From the NCBI GenBank assembly GCA_963786305.1, contig CAWAYL010000009.1, forward strand, positions 108,387-172,386: a stretch of DNA of 64,000 bases, read 5' to 3'. The notes beneath the pieces were generated by a model. That model was not told the origin of the DNA. It was given only the letters and a program-made list of their open reading frames with translations, and ran no database searches. The stretch is from an uncultured Alphaproteobacteria bacterium (GTDB lineage Bacteria > Pseudomonadota > Alphaproteobacteria > Rhodospirillales > Defluviicoccaceae). A program made the translations under genes and the position numbers. Shown piece by piece: positions 52,714 through 64,000 of this stretch. The first letter of the stretch is position 1; each line of letters opens with the position of its first letter.

Positions 52714-54310
52714 TCAGCCCTCGTTGCGCTCCTCCACGGCATCGACCGTCGCGGCGTCCGCCGCCATGGGCTCGGCTTCGCCAGCGTCATCGCCCTCGAA
52801 CCAGTGGGCCCGCGCCGCCATAATGATGTCGTTGGCGCGCTCCTCGGTCAACGCACCCTTCGGCGCTATTTCCAACAACTCGTCGCCCGCCAGATCGGCG
52901 AGGTCGTCCAGAGTTTTCACGCCTTGCTCGCCCAACGCCACCAGCACCGCCGGCTTCAGACCGGCAATTTCCGTCAACTCGTCGGCGACACCGAGCTCGA
53001 CGCGCTTGCGTTCGAACTCCTCATCGCGGACGGAGAGGAACGCCCGTGCCCGCTCGCGGAGCTCCTGCGCCACCTCCTCTTCGAAACCCTCGATGGACAG
53101 CAGGTCGTCGACCGGCACGAACGCCACTTCCTCGACCGAAGAAAACCCTTCCGTCACCAACAGGTGAGCGATCACGTCGTCGACGTTGAGGGCGTCGATG
53201 AAGGTTTGAGACCGGCCGCGGAATTCCTCGTTGCGGCGCTGCAACTCTTCGTCCTCGGTCAGGATGTCGATATCCCACCCGGTCAGCTGCGACGCCAGGC
53301 GCACATTCTGCCCGCGCCGGCCGATGGCGAGGCTCAACTGATCGTCCGGCACCACCACCTCGATCCGGTTGGCCTCTTCATCGAGCACCACCTTGGCCAC
53401 TTCGGCCGGCGCCAGGCCATTGACGATGAACGTCGCCGGATCCGAAGACCATTGGATGATATCGATTTTCTCGCCCTGCAGTTCGCCGACGACGGCCTGC
53501 ACCCGCGATCCCCGCATGCCGATGCACGGGCCGACGGGATCGATCGCCGAACTCGTTGGAATACACGGCGATCTTGGCTCTCGAGCCCGGATCGCGCGCC
53601 ACCGAGCGGATCTCGATAATGCCTTCGTATATTTCCGGCACCTCCTGGGCGAACAGCTTGGCCATGAATTGCGGGTGGGTTCGCGACAGGAAGATCTGCG
53701 GCCCCCGCGGCTCCTCGCGGACATCCAGGATGTAGGACCGCACCCGGTCGCCGGTGTTGAAATGCTCCCTGGGGATCGTTTCCTCGCGTCGCAGCATCGC
53801 TTCGGCGCGGCTGAGATCGACGATGACGTTGCCGAACTCGACACGTTTGACCAGACCATTGACCACTTCGCCGACGCGGTCCTTGAACTCGTCGTACTGA
53901 CGCTTGCGCTCGGCCTCGCGGACCTTGTGAACGATCACCTGCTTGGCGGTTTGCGCCGCGATCCGTCCGAAATCGATGGGCGGCAGGGGATCCATCAGGA
54001 ACTCGCCCATTTCGGCGTCGGCCTTGCGGCCGCGCGCCTCGCCAAGACCGATCTGAGTGGCCTCGTTTTCGATCTCCTCGGCAACCTCGAGGTACCGCGC
54101 CAAGCTGATTTCGCCGGTCACCCGATCGATATTGGCGCGGATGTCGTGCTCGTGCCCGTACTTGGAGCGGCCCGCCTTCTGGATCGCCTGCTCCATCGCC
54201 TCGAGGACTTCATCGCGATCAATGCCCTTGTCGCGCGCCACCGTCTCCGCGACCTGCAGTAATTCCGGCCTCGAGTGAACCGCTTCCGCTTCTTTCACTA
54301 ACTTCGTCAT
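52714..54310 (-). pseudogene. nusA: transcription termination/antitermination factor NusA, one frame break as sequenced (~53548-53554)
   Basis: The N-terminal and S1 part, up to ..[15 protein letters not shown], is in one frame. [34 protein letters not shown] (KH domains) ... follows in the next. Length is 1597 nt = 3n+1. Confidence 0.92.
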
Positions 54311-54825
54311 TGCCTACCCGACTGTAAACCCGACTTTACCGCGGCGTTCTGTTCGTGCGCGGCAAGCAAATCCTCGGTCAGCATGAGTTTTGCCCGCCGG
54401 ATATCATCGAACGCCAATGCCACTTCCTGATCCTCGACCCGCACGCGGACGCTGCTTTCGTCCGTGCCCAACAGCCGGCCCTGAAACCGCCGACGCCCAC
54501 CAACGGGAACCGTCATTTCGATTTTCGCCTCGAAACCCGCATACGTATCGAAGTCCTCGAGCCGAACCAGCGGCCGGTCGATCCCGGGCGAACTGACTTC
54601 CAGGGTGTAAGCGTCCGGCAGCGGATCCTCGACCTCCAAAATCGGAGCGATCGCCCGGCTGAGTTCGGCACAATCGTCGATGGTCATCGACCCGTCAACG
54701 CGTCTTTCAGCCATGATCTGCAATCTGAATCTCTGCTTGCCCAGAAGCTGCACCTTAATCAAATCAAAGCCCAGCGCCTCGGCCGTCGGCCGAATGAGCC
54801 TTTCGATACGATCGGCCGCATCCAT
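54307..54825 (-). CDS. rimP: ribosome maturation factor RimP
   Basis: ..IERLIRPTAEALGFDLIKVQL...YTLEVSSPGIDRPL.. The stop overlaps the nusA start. Confidence 0.9.
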   Translation of the reverse strand: MDAADRIERLIRPTAEALGFDLIKVQLLGKQRFRLQIMAERRVDGSMTIDDCAELSRAIAPILEVEDPLPDAYTLEVSSPGIDRPLVRLEDFDTYAGFEAKIEMTVPVGGRRRFQGRLLGTDESSVRVRVEDQEVALAFDDIRRAKLMLTEDLLAAHEQNAAVKSGLQSGRQ

Positions 54826-54882
54826 TCGCCAGTCCTATTCCAGGGCTTTTCTCGAAATCCTTGAGCGCCGCCCCCAATAACC

Positions 54883-54909
54883 AAAAAAGGCGGGCCTTTA
54901 GCCCGCCCC
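54883..54909 (-). terminator. rho-independent terminator after trmB
   Basis: The minus strand reads GGGGCGGGC-taaag-GCCCGCC followed by TTTTTTGG. It lies between trmB and rimP. Confidence 0.65.
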
Positions 54910-55015
54910 ATCGAACTTGCCCGTGCTAGCTCAACGAGACTTGATGGTTGCCGAGCCGACCGCTCGATACCCTGTCTATATAACTCTTGAGCCCCAGGGC
55001 ACAAGGCTTTTTCGC

Positions 55016-55776
55016 TCACCCGCCGCCGCCGCCGCCGCCGTCCCGCCCCTGGCGCTCGAACCGGCCGCACCTCTGGCGCGCGAACTTGAGGTATACACAC
55101 GGCGCGCCTCGGGCCCGCGCCTTGGCTTCGTAGCGTGTGGGAAACCAATCGTCGGGCCGCTGACGCCAGTCGGCCGGTTGCCGGGCCATCCACGAGAACC
55201 GGCCATCGCCGCTCAGATGATCGAGGGTCCACCGCACATAGCCCATATGATCGCTGGCAAAGCCCAATTCGCCGCCGTCCTTGAGCACCCGTGCCAGCGC
55301 GTCGATGGCGCCGGCGGCGATGAACCGGCGTTCGTTGTGGCGGGTTTTCGGCCAGGGATCCGAAAAGAGAACGAAAACCCTGGCGATGCTCTCGTCGGCC
55401 AACGCCCGCAGCAGCAGGCGGGCGTCATCGTCGAATATGCGCACGTTGTCGAGACGCCGTGTCGCGATCTCGGAAAGCGCCGCGGCAACGCCGTTGATGA
55501 ACGGCTCGCAGCCGATGAACCCGACATCGGGGTGAGCCTCGGCCTGCGCCACCAGATGTTCACCCGCCCCGAAGCCCACTTCCAGCCAGACGTCGCGCAC
55601 CGGCCGCTCGAACAAAGCGAGCGGCGTCATCGCTGCGTCCTCGCGCGGCAAATCGATCCGCAAACGCGGAAGAAGGGTGCTCAGAAGGGCCTGTCGGCCG
55701 GGGCGCAGCCGCCGACCCTTGCGCCGGCCATGGAAGTGCGGCGCATCGACGGACGCGCAAAGCGCCGGCGGTTGCG

Positions 55777-55780
<4 letters not shown>
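55016..55780 (-). CDS. trmB: tRNA (guanine46-N7)-methyltransferase TrmB
   Basis: ..[16 protein letters not shown]...FIGCEPF.NGV...[15 protein letters not shown].. The TTG start overlaps the metK stop (TTGA). The C-terminal Gly7 tail is encoded by a (CCG)7 repeat. Confidence 0.85.
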
Positions 55781-56954
<1,174 letters not shown>

Positions 56955-57262
56955 GGTCGATGCCCTTAAACTCTGTTCGAAAGGGGTTGTGGGTGAAGAT
57001 GTTCCGCCGGAGAACCAGTACTCTCGGGCGCGCTCATCAAACGCGGCGCCCGCGCCGCCCCGAACGCCAATCGCTCGCGCCCGCCACTCGACAAGCGCCG
57101 CCACGGCATCGGAAACGGTCTTGTGGCAACCTTTATCATCAAGGTCAAGAAATTTGCAGGCCGCCTCGCGCCCGAAAGCGCGTTTCGCTCAACTTATATT
57201 AGCGATCGGAGGTACCCTCGTCATTTCCGGATGCGGAGCGCCGACATCAGCGCTGGTGGTTC

Positions 57263-57754
57263 TTATCCGTGCTCCGCGTTGCCGAGGGATTTGGCGAGTT
57301 CGAACAGCCGCTTGCGCACCTGCGGATCGCCGATGCGGTAATATGCGCGCACCAGTTCGAGCGTTTCGCGGCGGGTCAGGGGGTCGGGCTCGAGCGACGA
57401 TTGCGATTGATCACCCAGGCCCCAGGCCGATCGCCCCTCCTCGCCAGCCGAGCCGTCGGGCATGTCGTCGAAGAAAAACGAAACCGGAACATCCAAAATT
57501 CTGCTGAATTCAAACAGGCGCGACGCGCCAATCCGATTTGCGCCGCGTTCGTATTTTTGAATCTGCTGAAACGTGAGTCCGACGGCCTCCCCGAGCTTTT
57601 CCTGGCTCAGACCGAGCAGGGTCCGCCGAAGCCGGACCCGGCTGCCGACGTGGATGTCTACGGGATTCGGTGTCCCCGGAGGCAACCGCTCAACGCGAGC
57701 GCCTCGGGCAGAGCCCCTACCTTTCCGTCTCCCAGGATTATGTGTTTCAACCAT
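57263..57754 (-). CDS. XRE-family helix-turn-helix transcriptional regulator
   Basis: IHVGSRVRLRRTLLGLSQEKLGEAVGLTFQQIQKYERGANRIGASRLFEFSRIL is a Cro/C1-type HTH. 163 aa. Confidence 0.72.
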   Translation of the reverse strand: MVETHNPGRRKGRGSARGARVERLPPGTPNPVDIHVGSRVRLRRTLLGLSQEKLGEAVGLTFQQIQKYERGANRIGASRLFEFSRILDVPVSFFFDDMPDGSAGEEGRSAWGLGDQSQSSLEPDPLTRRETLELVRAYYRIGDPQVRKRLFELAKSLGNAEHG

Positions 57755-57867
57755 TGTTTTTCTTTTCGCTCTCTAGGCTTCGACATTTGTATGGTTCTTA
57801 CGCTCCTCACCGCGACGCCTAACGAGTGCTCCCACAACAAACCTCACCAGACCGCGAGCGATCCGTC

Positions 57868-57897
57868 ATAATATGCAAATTTTAATCGTTTTCGCAA
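57868..57897 (-). promoter_or_regulatory. sigma-70-like promoter candidate for the XRE regulator
   Basis: The minus strand reads TTGCGA - 18 nt - TATTAT in the AT-rich lnt/XRE spacer. Confidence 0.3.
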
Positions 57898-57948
57898 CAT
57901 TTGTTCCCGTATAATACGTTATTTGCTAACTTATTCCCCAAATAGGGG

Positions 57949-59587
57949 TTATTTGCGGTGCGAAATCAACAAACCCGTGCCGATTGCGGCCACTACCACC
58001 AGTAGCACCAGCCAGTTTCCGAACCGTGCATAGGGTGTTTGCGCCGCCAGCGGAGCCGGCAGCGGGCCATCGATAACCCCTTGCTCGCCCAAATCCATGC
58101 GCGCCAGGACACGGCCCCATGGATCGATGATCGCGGAGATTCCCGTGTTCGCGACCCTGACGAGGGGCAGACCTTCCTCCACCGACCGCAGCCGCGCCAT
58201 CGCCAGGTGCTGATACGGGCCCGACGATCGGCCGTACCAGGCGTCATTGGTGATGTTGAGGATCCATTGCGGGCGATCGCGCGCATCGACCACCTGACCG
58301 GGAAAAATGACCTCGTAACAGATCAGCGGACTGACCGGCGGCAGCCCCGGCAGTCGCATGCGTTTCAAGGCCCGGACCGCGGGAAAAATCCACGGTCCCC
58401 GATGTCACCTTCGCCAGATCGAGCAGGTTGCGGAACGGCACGAATTCGCCGAACGGCACCAAGTGGGATTTGTCGAACGTGGCGACCGGCGTGCCGTCGT
58501 GATCCAGCGCCAGCAGACTGTTCCAGATCTGATAGGTTGCCCCCGGCGGCGTTCGCCGCAGCGTGCCGGTGATCGTCAAGCCGCCGGGCGGGGTAAGGCG
58601 GCCGATCATCCGCCGCCGCGCCTCGTCCTCGGCCAGGAAAAGGGGCGCCGCCGTTTCGGCCCATATGACGTGGGTGGGAGAATGCGCCGCCGGCTGGGCG
58701 CCCATCCTCGCCTGCTTGATGAGATGCCCGTCCAGCAGATCGCGGTTCCACTTGAGCTTCTGATCGATATTCGGCTGCACCAGGCGCAGACGCACGCCGT
58801 CGACCGCGTCCGCCGGTTCCGCCAGGGCGAGGCGCAGCGCGCCGCCGCTCCACGTGACGGCGAGGACGGCGAGCGCGCAGATCACGGCGATCGCCGCCGG
58901 CCGGCCGCCGGATCCGTCGGCCGCGAGGGTGGCCGGCATGGCCGCCGCCGCCACCGTCAGCAGGCCGAGACCATAGGTGCCGATCAGGGCGGTGATCTGG
59001 ATCATCGGATCGGAGACCGTCCAGACGCTGCCGATGAGGTTCCACGGAAATCCCGTGAAAGCCCAACTCCGCACCCATTCGAGCGCCATCCAGGCGGCCG
59101 CGAAGACCAGCACCGCGCCGATGCCGCGGGCGCGCGAAAGGCGCGTCAGGAGACCGGCGATCCCCGGGTAGACGGCAAACATCGCTGCCAATCCCAGCAC
59201 CGCGATCGGCGCCAGCCATCCGAATTGCTCCGGTTTGGTGAGCAGCGCGTTGGCGATCCAGTACAGACCCGCGATGAAATACCCGAACCCGAACCACCAG
59301 CCGGCGAAGAAACATCCCCAGCGCGAGCGGCTGCTCTCGATCAGCCAGAACAGTCCCATGAAGGCGGGGAACAGCAGCACCCAGATGTGCACCGGCGGCA
59401 GGGCGCCAACCGCCAGAACGCCCAATCCGAATGCGAGGCAGACGCGGCGCCAGCCCGACACCCGAAACGTGGCGGCGCGAAGTCCCTGAAGGAAGCGGAG
59501 CGCGGACGCGGCGATGCCGTCGCGACGGACGGCGGTTCGGCCGTCGGATTGACCGTCGGATCGGCCGCCGGATCGGCCGTCGCTCAT
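57949..59587 (-). pseudogene. lnt: apolipoprotein N-acyltransferase, one frame break as sequenced (~58358-58372)
   Basis: The polytopic N-terminal part plus the start of the nitrilase-like domain (..VRLRLVQPNIDQKLKW...) is in one frame. ..MRLPGLPPVSPLICYEVIFPGQVV...NITNDAWYG...ANTGISAIIDPWG follows in the next. Length is 1639 nt = 3n+1. The ATG overlaps the corC stop (ATGA). Confidence 0.88.
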
Positions 59588-60558
59588 GCCTGGGTGCCGG
59601 CTTTTCGCGCGGTCGTCTCGGTGGTGGCGGGGGCGAGAGCGGACTCGGGGCCGCGGATGCGCAGCCGCCGGATCCGGCGGGGATCGGCTTCAAGCACCTC
59701 GAACTCGACCCCGGACGGATGAGCGATCAATTCTCCGCGGATCGGAACGCGCCCGGACAGCGACACCACGAGGCCCCCGAGGGTATCGACATATTCCTTT
59801 TCCTCGTCGCTCAGCGCGGCCGGGAACTCCTCCTCCATGACCTCGATGGGGGCCCGCGCATCGGCGTCGATCGTGCCGTCGGCGCGCCGCACCAGGTTCG
59901 GTTCCGGCGCGCTGTCGTGCTCGTCCTCGATTTCGCCGACGATTTCCTCGACCACGTCCTCGATGGTGATGAGGCCGTCGATGCCGCCGAATTCGTCGAC
60001 CACCAGCGCCATGTGGGATCGCTTGGCGCGCATCTCCAAAAGCAGTTCCAGGATCTCCATCGACGGCGCCACGAACAGGACCCGCCGGAGAATCTTCGAC
60101 AGGTTGAACGCCGCGGCCTCGCCTTCCCAAGAGATCACGTCCTTGATGTGGATCATGCCGATGGCGTCATCGAGGGTCTCGCGGAAGACCGGCAGCCGCG
60201 AGTGCCCCGTCTTGGTCATCAGCGCGATGACGTCGTCCCGCGACGTGTTGCTCTCCACCGCGACGATGTCGGCGCGTGGCACCATGGCGTCCTCGGCCGC
60301 CCGGTCACGAAGCCGCAGAATGTTGGCGACCAGCGTTCGCTCGTCGGCGCCGAGCGGAATTTCGGCGCCTTCGCGCTCCTCCATCAGCTCGTCGAGGGTG
60401 TCGCGCGGCGAGGCGTCGCCGTTGCGGCCCTTTCGCAACCCGCGACACAGCCCGCGAAACTTTTCCCACAGGGTCGGATCGCTCTTTCCTCCGCCGCCGC
60501 CGGACTGATCGTTTTCGCCCGCTGGCGCGGCCGCGCGGTCCGCCGTCCGCCGGCTCAT
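59584..60558 (-). CDS. corC: CBS-domain magnesium/cobalt efflux protein CorC (HlyC/CorC family)
   Basis: ..MVPRADIVAVE.....GHSRLPVF...IGMIHIKDV...MALVVDEFGGIDGLITIEDVVEEIVGEIEDEHD.. followed by a CorC_HlyC C-terminal domain. Confidence 0.88.
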   Translation of the reverse strand: MSRRTADRAAAPAGENDQSGGGGGKSDPTLWEKFRGLCRGLRKGRNGDASPRDTLDELMEEREGAEIPLGADERTLVANILRLRDRAAEDAMVPRADIVAVESNTSRDDVIALMTKTGHSRLPVFRETLDDAIGMIHIKDVISWEGEAAAFNLSKILRRVLFVAPSMEILELLLEMRAKRSHMALVVDEFGGIDGLITIEDVVEEIVGEIEDEHDSAPEPNLVRRADGTIDADARAPIEVMEEEFPAALSDEEKEYVDTLGGLVVSLSGRVPIRGELIAHPSGVEFEVLEADPRRIRRLRIRGPESALAPATTETTARKAGTQA

Positions 60559-61127
60559 GGCGGATGCTCGCCGGAAACGGAGGGCTCGACGAAGGGAGCG
60601 ACGTAGGGGTCCGGCACTCCCAACCCATCCAGTATCCGCGTTTCCAGGCGCTCCATCTCTCTCGCCTCCGCCTCGGCAAGATGATCATAGCCGCAGAGGT
60701 GGAGCATACCATGAACCACCAAGTGACTTAAGTGATCCGACAGCGGTTTGGCCCCGGCGGCCGCACCGGCGGCGGACGTTTCGAAGGCGATGACGATGTC
60801 GCCGAGCAAGATGGATTGGTCCGGCGCCGGCGAAACCGCCGTCGCGGCGTCGCCGGCACCAGGACCGGAAATCGGAAACGACAGCACGTCGGTGGGCTCG
60901 TCGCGCCCGCGATAGGTATCATTGAGCCGCCGGATCCGGGCGTCGTCGGAAAGGACCACGCTGGCCTCGGCCCCATGCGTGTCGGGCCGAACCGATGCGA
61001 AGGCGGCGGCGGCGGCCTGCTCGCAGAGCCGTTCCGCGCCGGGCAGGGCCGTTGTCCACTGCGAGGATTCGGCGATCACCTCGATGGCGACCGGGGCGGA
61101 TCCCGGTGCCGGTTCATTCGGGTTCAT
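60555..61127 (-). CDS. ybeY: rRNA maturation endoribonuclease YbeY
   Basis: ..TDVLSFP... and the zinc motif HLVVHGMLHLCGYDH. Start taken at the internal ATG 61127. Confidence 0.88.
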   Translation of the reverse strand: MNPNEPAPGSAPVAIEVIAESSQWTTALPGAERLCEQAAAAAFASVRPDTHGAEASVVLSDDARIRRLNDTYRGRDEPTDVLSFPISGPGAGDAATAVSPAPDQSILLGDIVIAFETSAAGAAAGAKPLSDHLSHLVVHGMLHLCGYDHLAEAEAREMERLETRILDGLGVPDPYVAPFVEPSVSGEHPP

Positions 61128-62118
61128 ACTGCGATCCGGTTCCGTGCTGCTGTTCGGCGATGGTGTAGGCACGAACGATCTTGGCCACCAGCGGGTGGCG
61201 GACGACGTCGGCTTCGGTGAAGGTGATGAAGGCGATACTGGAGACATCCGCCAGGACCTCGACGGCGTGACGCAGTCCGGACCGCGTCCCCTTGGGCAGG
61301 TCCACCTGAGAGAGATCGCCGGTGATCACCATGCGGGAATTGTCGCCCAGCCGCGTCAGGAACATCTTCATCTGGACGGCGGTGGTGTTCTGGGCCTCGT
61401 CCAGAATGACGAAGGCGTTGGCCAGCGTCCGCCCCCGCATGAAGGCCAGCGGCGCCACCTCGATCTCGCCGCTGTCGAGACGCTTGACGACCTGCGGCGC
61501 CGGCAGCATGTCGTAAAGCGCGTCGTAGAGCGGCCGAAGATAGGGGTCGACCTTTTCGCGCATGTCGCCCGGCAGAAAGCCGAGCTGCTCGCCGGCTTCG
61601 ACCGCCGGCCGGGACAGGATAATGCGGTCCACCTCGCCGTTCACCAGCCGTTCCACCGCCTTGGCCACCGCGAGGTACGTCTTTCCGGTGCCGGCCGGTC
61701 CGAGCCCGAACACCATGTCGTGCTTGTCGATGGCGTCGATGTAGCTGGCCTGGGTCAAGGACCGCGCCAAGACGGTCCGCTGACGGATCTGAACCGCCGT
61801 GTCGCCGTTGGCCAACGGACCGGCCGAGGACGTCATGCGGAGCGCCGCGTCGACATCCTGGCGCCCGACGGACAGGCCGCGCTTGAGGCGATCGTAGAGG
61901 ACATCGAGCACCTTGCCGGCCGCCTCCACCGCGTCTTCCGGTCCCGACAGCGTGACCTGGTTGCCGCGCGCGTCCATGACGATGTCGAGTTTCTGTTCGA
62001 TCCGCGCCAGGTGGCTGTGATGGGCGCCGAACAGTTGCAGCACCAGCCGGTTGTCCTCGAATTCCAGACACACCGCCTTTTCCGCCTCGGCGTCGCCGGC
62101 TTTCAGGTGCCGGTTCAA
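61114..62118 (-). CDS. phoH: PhoH-like ATPase (YbeZ)
   Basis: Walker [14 protein letters not shown], then ..[19 protein letters not shown]...[20 protein letters not shown].. Confidence 0.92.
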   Translation of the reverse strand: MNRHLKAGDAEAEKAVCLEFEDNRLVLQLFGAHHSHLARIEQKLDIVMDARGNQVTLSGPEDAVEAAGKVLDVLYDRLKRGLSVGRQDVDAALRMTSSAGPLANGDTAVQIRQRTVLARSLTQASYIDAIDKHDMVFGLGPAGTGKTYLAVAKAVERLVNGEVDRIILSRPAVEAGEQLGFLPGDMREKVDPYLRPLYDALYDMLPAPQVVKRLDSGEIEVAPLAFMRGRTLANAFVILDEAQNTTAVQMKMFLTRLGDNSRMVITGDLSQVDLPKGTRSGLRHAVEVLADVSSIAFITFTEADVVRHPLVAKIVRAYTIAEQQHGTGSQYEPE

Positions 62119-63461
62119 GCCACGGCCCGATCGGTGAGCGCCCCGGAAAGGCTATTGGCCGATCCCGCCGTGATGATCACCGGCCGCAGGCCGCCGAGCA
62201 GCGAGCGCGGCGCCTGGGCATGAACCGCCTGCATGTACGGGCTGCGGCCGACCAATTGCCCGGGATGGCGGCCCGGGCGGTCGAACAGCACGGTCATCAC
62301 GCGGCCGGCGCATCGCTCGTTGAACCGCCGCTGTTGGGTCACGAGCAAGGACTGCAGTTCCGTTAGCCGCGCGCTCTTGACGGCGTCGTCCACCTGCGCC
62401 TCCAGCGCCGCCGGTGTCCCCGGACGCGGGCTGTACTTGAACGAATAGGCGCCAGCGAACTCAACGTCCTCGACGAGCCGCACCGTGGCGCGGAAGTCTT
62501 CGTCGGTCTCGCCCGGAAAACCGACGATAAAATCGGAACTGAGCGCCAGATCCGGACGCGCCCGGCGCAGCCGCTCGACGAGGCGCCGGTAAGCGTCGGC
62601 GCCGTGACGGCGGTTCATCGCGGACAGCACCCTGTCCGAGCCCGATTGAACCGGCAGGTGAAGAAAGGGCATCAGCTTGGCGACGTCGCGATGAGCCTCG
62701 ATCAACGCGTCATCCATGTCGGCCGGATAGGAGGTGGTGTAGCGGATCCGGTCGATCCCCTCGATCTCCGCGACCTCGGCGATCAGCCGCCCCAGCCCCC
62801 ACTCGCCGCCCGATGGCCCGTCGCCGTGGTAGCAGTTGACGTTCTGGCCGAGCAGCGTGATTTCGCGGACGCCGGCCGCCGCGTAGGCGCGGGCTTCGTT
62901 CAGAACGTCCACGACCGGCCTCGAGTACTCCGCGCCGCGCGTATAGGGAACGACGCAAAAGCTGCAGAACTTGTCGCAGCCCTCCTGAACCGTCAGAAAG
63001 GCGGTGAAGCCCGCGGCGCCGGCCGCCGGGCCCGGCAGATGGTCGAACTTGGGCTCGGCCGGAAAGTCCGTATCGAGGACGGATCCGGCGGCACGCTCGG
63101 CGCGGGCGACCATCTCGGGAAGCCGATGGTAGGTCTGCGGCCCGAGGACGATGTCCACGTACGGCGTCCGCCGGAGGATTTCCTCGCCTTCAGCCTGGGC
63201 GACACATCCCGCCACCGCGATCATGACCGGACCCCTTGCCGACGCCGGCCGATCTTTCAGCGGTTTCAGCCGGCCGAGCTCCGAATACACTTTCTCGGCG
63301 GCCTTCTCGCGGATGTGACAAGTGTTGAGGATGATCATATCGGCATCGGCCGCGTCATCGCTCAGCCCATAGCCGAGCGGCGCCAGAACGTCCGCGATGC
63401 GCGCGGAGTCATAGACGTTCATCTGACAGCCGTAGGTCTTTATGTGAAGTTTCTTATTCAA
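62115..63461 (-). CDS. miaB: tRNA-i6A37 methylthiotransferase MiaB
   Basis: [19 protein letters not shown]... is the UPF0004 domain. The radical-SAM motif is [15 protein letters not shown], followed by a C-terminal TRAM domain. Confidence 0.93.
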   Translation of the reverse strand: MNKKLHIKTYGCQMNVYDSARIADVLAPLGYGLSDDAADADMIILNTCHIREKAAEKVYSELGRLKPLKDRPASARGPVMIAVAGCVAQAEGEEILRRTPYVDIVLGPQTYHRLPEMVARAERAAGSVLDTDFPAEPKFDHLPGPAAGAAGFTAFLTVQEGCDKFCSFCVVPYTRGAEYSRPVVDVLNEARAYAAAGVREITLLGQNVNCYHGDGPSGGEWGLGRLIAEVAEIEGIDRIRYTTSYPADMDDALIEAHRDVAKLMPFLHLPVQSGSDRVLSAMNRRHGADAYRRLVERLRRARPDLALSSDFIVGFPGETDEDFRATVRLVEDVEFAGAYSFKYSPRPGTPAALEAQVDDAVKSARLTELQSLLVTQQRRFNERCAGRVMTVLFDRPGRHPGQLVGRSPYMQAVHAQAPRSLLGGLRPVIITAGSANSLSGALTDRAVA

Positions 63462-63519
63462 CGCGGAAATGGGAGCACCAGTGGCAGCCGACCAAACCGG
63501 AAACCGAACTGTTCATGGA

Positions 63520-63590
63520 GTTATACCAACGGTCGTTAATCCGTTGACGAGCGCCGATGATTTCAACGTAGCAAGCCCATGATCAGAGTC
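63520..63590 (+). repeat. possible degenerate third copy of repeat family B (with two internal insertions)
   Basis: GTTATACCAA [cggtcgttaa] TCCGTTGA [26 nt] CCCAT-GATCAGAGTC in the miaB-fur spacer. The same ordered blocks occur in copy 2 (GTTATACCAA t TCCGTTGA .. CCCATTGTGATCGTGTTC). Confidence 0.3.
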
Positions 63591-63617
63591 AAGGGAGCGC
63601 GGGACGGGATCGAGCGC

Positions 63618-64000
63618 TCACTTCCTTTCCTTGCCGCCTTCGAGCGGCACGCCGAACAACTCCAGACGGTGCCCGACCAGCCGGAACCCGTGCTGCTCCG
63701 CGATCTTTCGCTGCAGCGCCTCGATCTCCGGATTGCGGAATTCGGTCACCCGTCCGGTCTGGATGTCGATCAAATGATCGTGGTGCTCCTCCGTCGCCTC
63801 CTCGTAACGGGATCGACCGTCTCCGAAGTCATGCCGGTCCAGGATGTTGGCTTCCTCGAACAGGCGAACCGTCCGATAGACGGTGGCGATACTGATGCGC
63901 GGGTCCAACTGAACCGACCGACGATAGACCTGCTCGACATCCGGGTGATCTCTGGCTTCCGACAGGACGCGGGCAATGATGCGGCGCTGGCCAGTCATCT
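63618..64000 (-). CDS. fur: Fur-family ferric uptake regulator (5' end probably beyond the window)
   Basis: ..TGQRRIIARVLSEARDHPDVEQVYRR...IATVYRTVRLFEEANIL.RHDFGDGRSRYE...HHDHLIDIQTGRV.EF. The listed ATG at 63998 is likely internal. Confidence 0.78.
   Translation of the reverse strand, partial: MTGQRRIIARVLSEARDHPDVEQVYRRSVQLDPRISIATVYRTVRLFEEANILDRHDFGDGRSRYEEATEEHHDHLIDIQTGRVTEFRNPEIEALQRKIAEQHGFRLVGHRLELFGVPLEGGKERK

Noticed and set aside
57926-57960. CCCC-aaata-GGGG motif after the lnt stop as a terminator.
   Set aside because: The stem is only 4 bp, the flanks do not extend the pairing, and no T-tract follows on the transcribed strand.

Overview
A 64-kb, high-GC (about two-thirds G+C) chromosomal segment. 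Gene content and order look alphaproteobacterial (Rhodospirillales-like), but the organism cannot be named from sequence alone. Core housekeeping blocks dominate. They are: ggt (partial)-hisZ-purA; rluD-rpoH; methionine salvage mtnP-mtnA; miaA; ilvIH-ilvC-leuA; the cell-shape operon mreBCD-mrdA-rodA; methylmalonyl-CoA mutase mutA-mutB-meaB; clpB; a DUF3501/Fe-S/rubrerythrin cluster beside irr; rimP-nusA-ylxR-infB-rbfA-truB-rpsO-pnp; metK-trmB; miaB-phoH-ybeY-corC-lnt; and fur (partial). There are two tRNAs, Glu(CUC) and Lys(CUU). Accessory content is small. It comprises a lipoprotein-type EndoU-like RNase with a small acidic partner, an intact vapBC pair, an orphan HigA-type antitoxin with a HigB stump, a fully decayed higBA pair between purA and rpoH, and an orphan phage terminase-small-subunit-like gene. 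I saw no rRNA, CRISPR, transposase or integrase. Five signals are not covered by ordinary annotation. (1) About 30 single-nucleotide frame breaks lie in otherwise clean core genes, with a hot spot in mtnP-mtnA. These are most likely consensus indels, but they need checking. (2) tRNA-Lys has an 8-nt anticodon loop. (3) Two families of short AT-rich intergenic repeats are present. (4) A near-perfect Irr ICE palindrome sits in front of the rubrerythrin gene. (5) The leuA leader is long and carries an 11-bp perfect inverted repeat. All family assignments come from motif recognition by eye; no searches were run.
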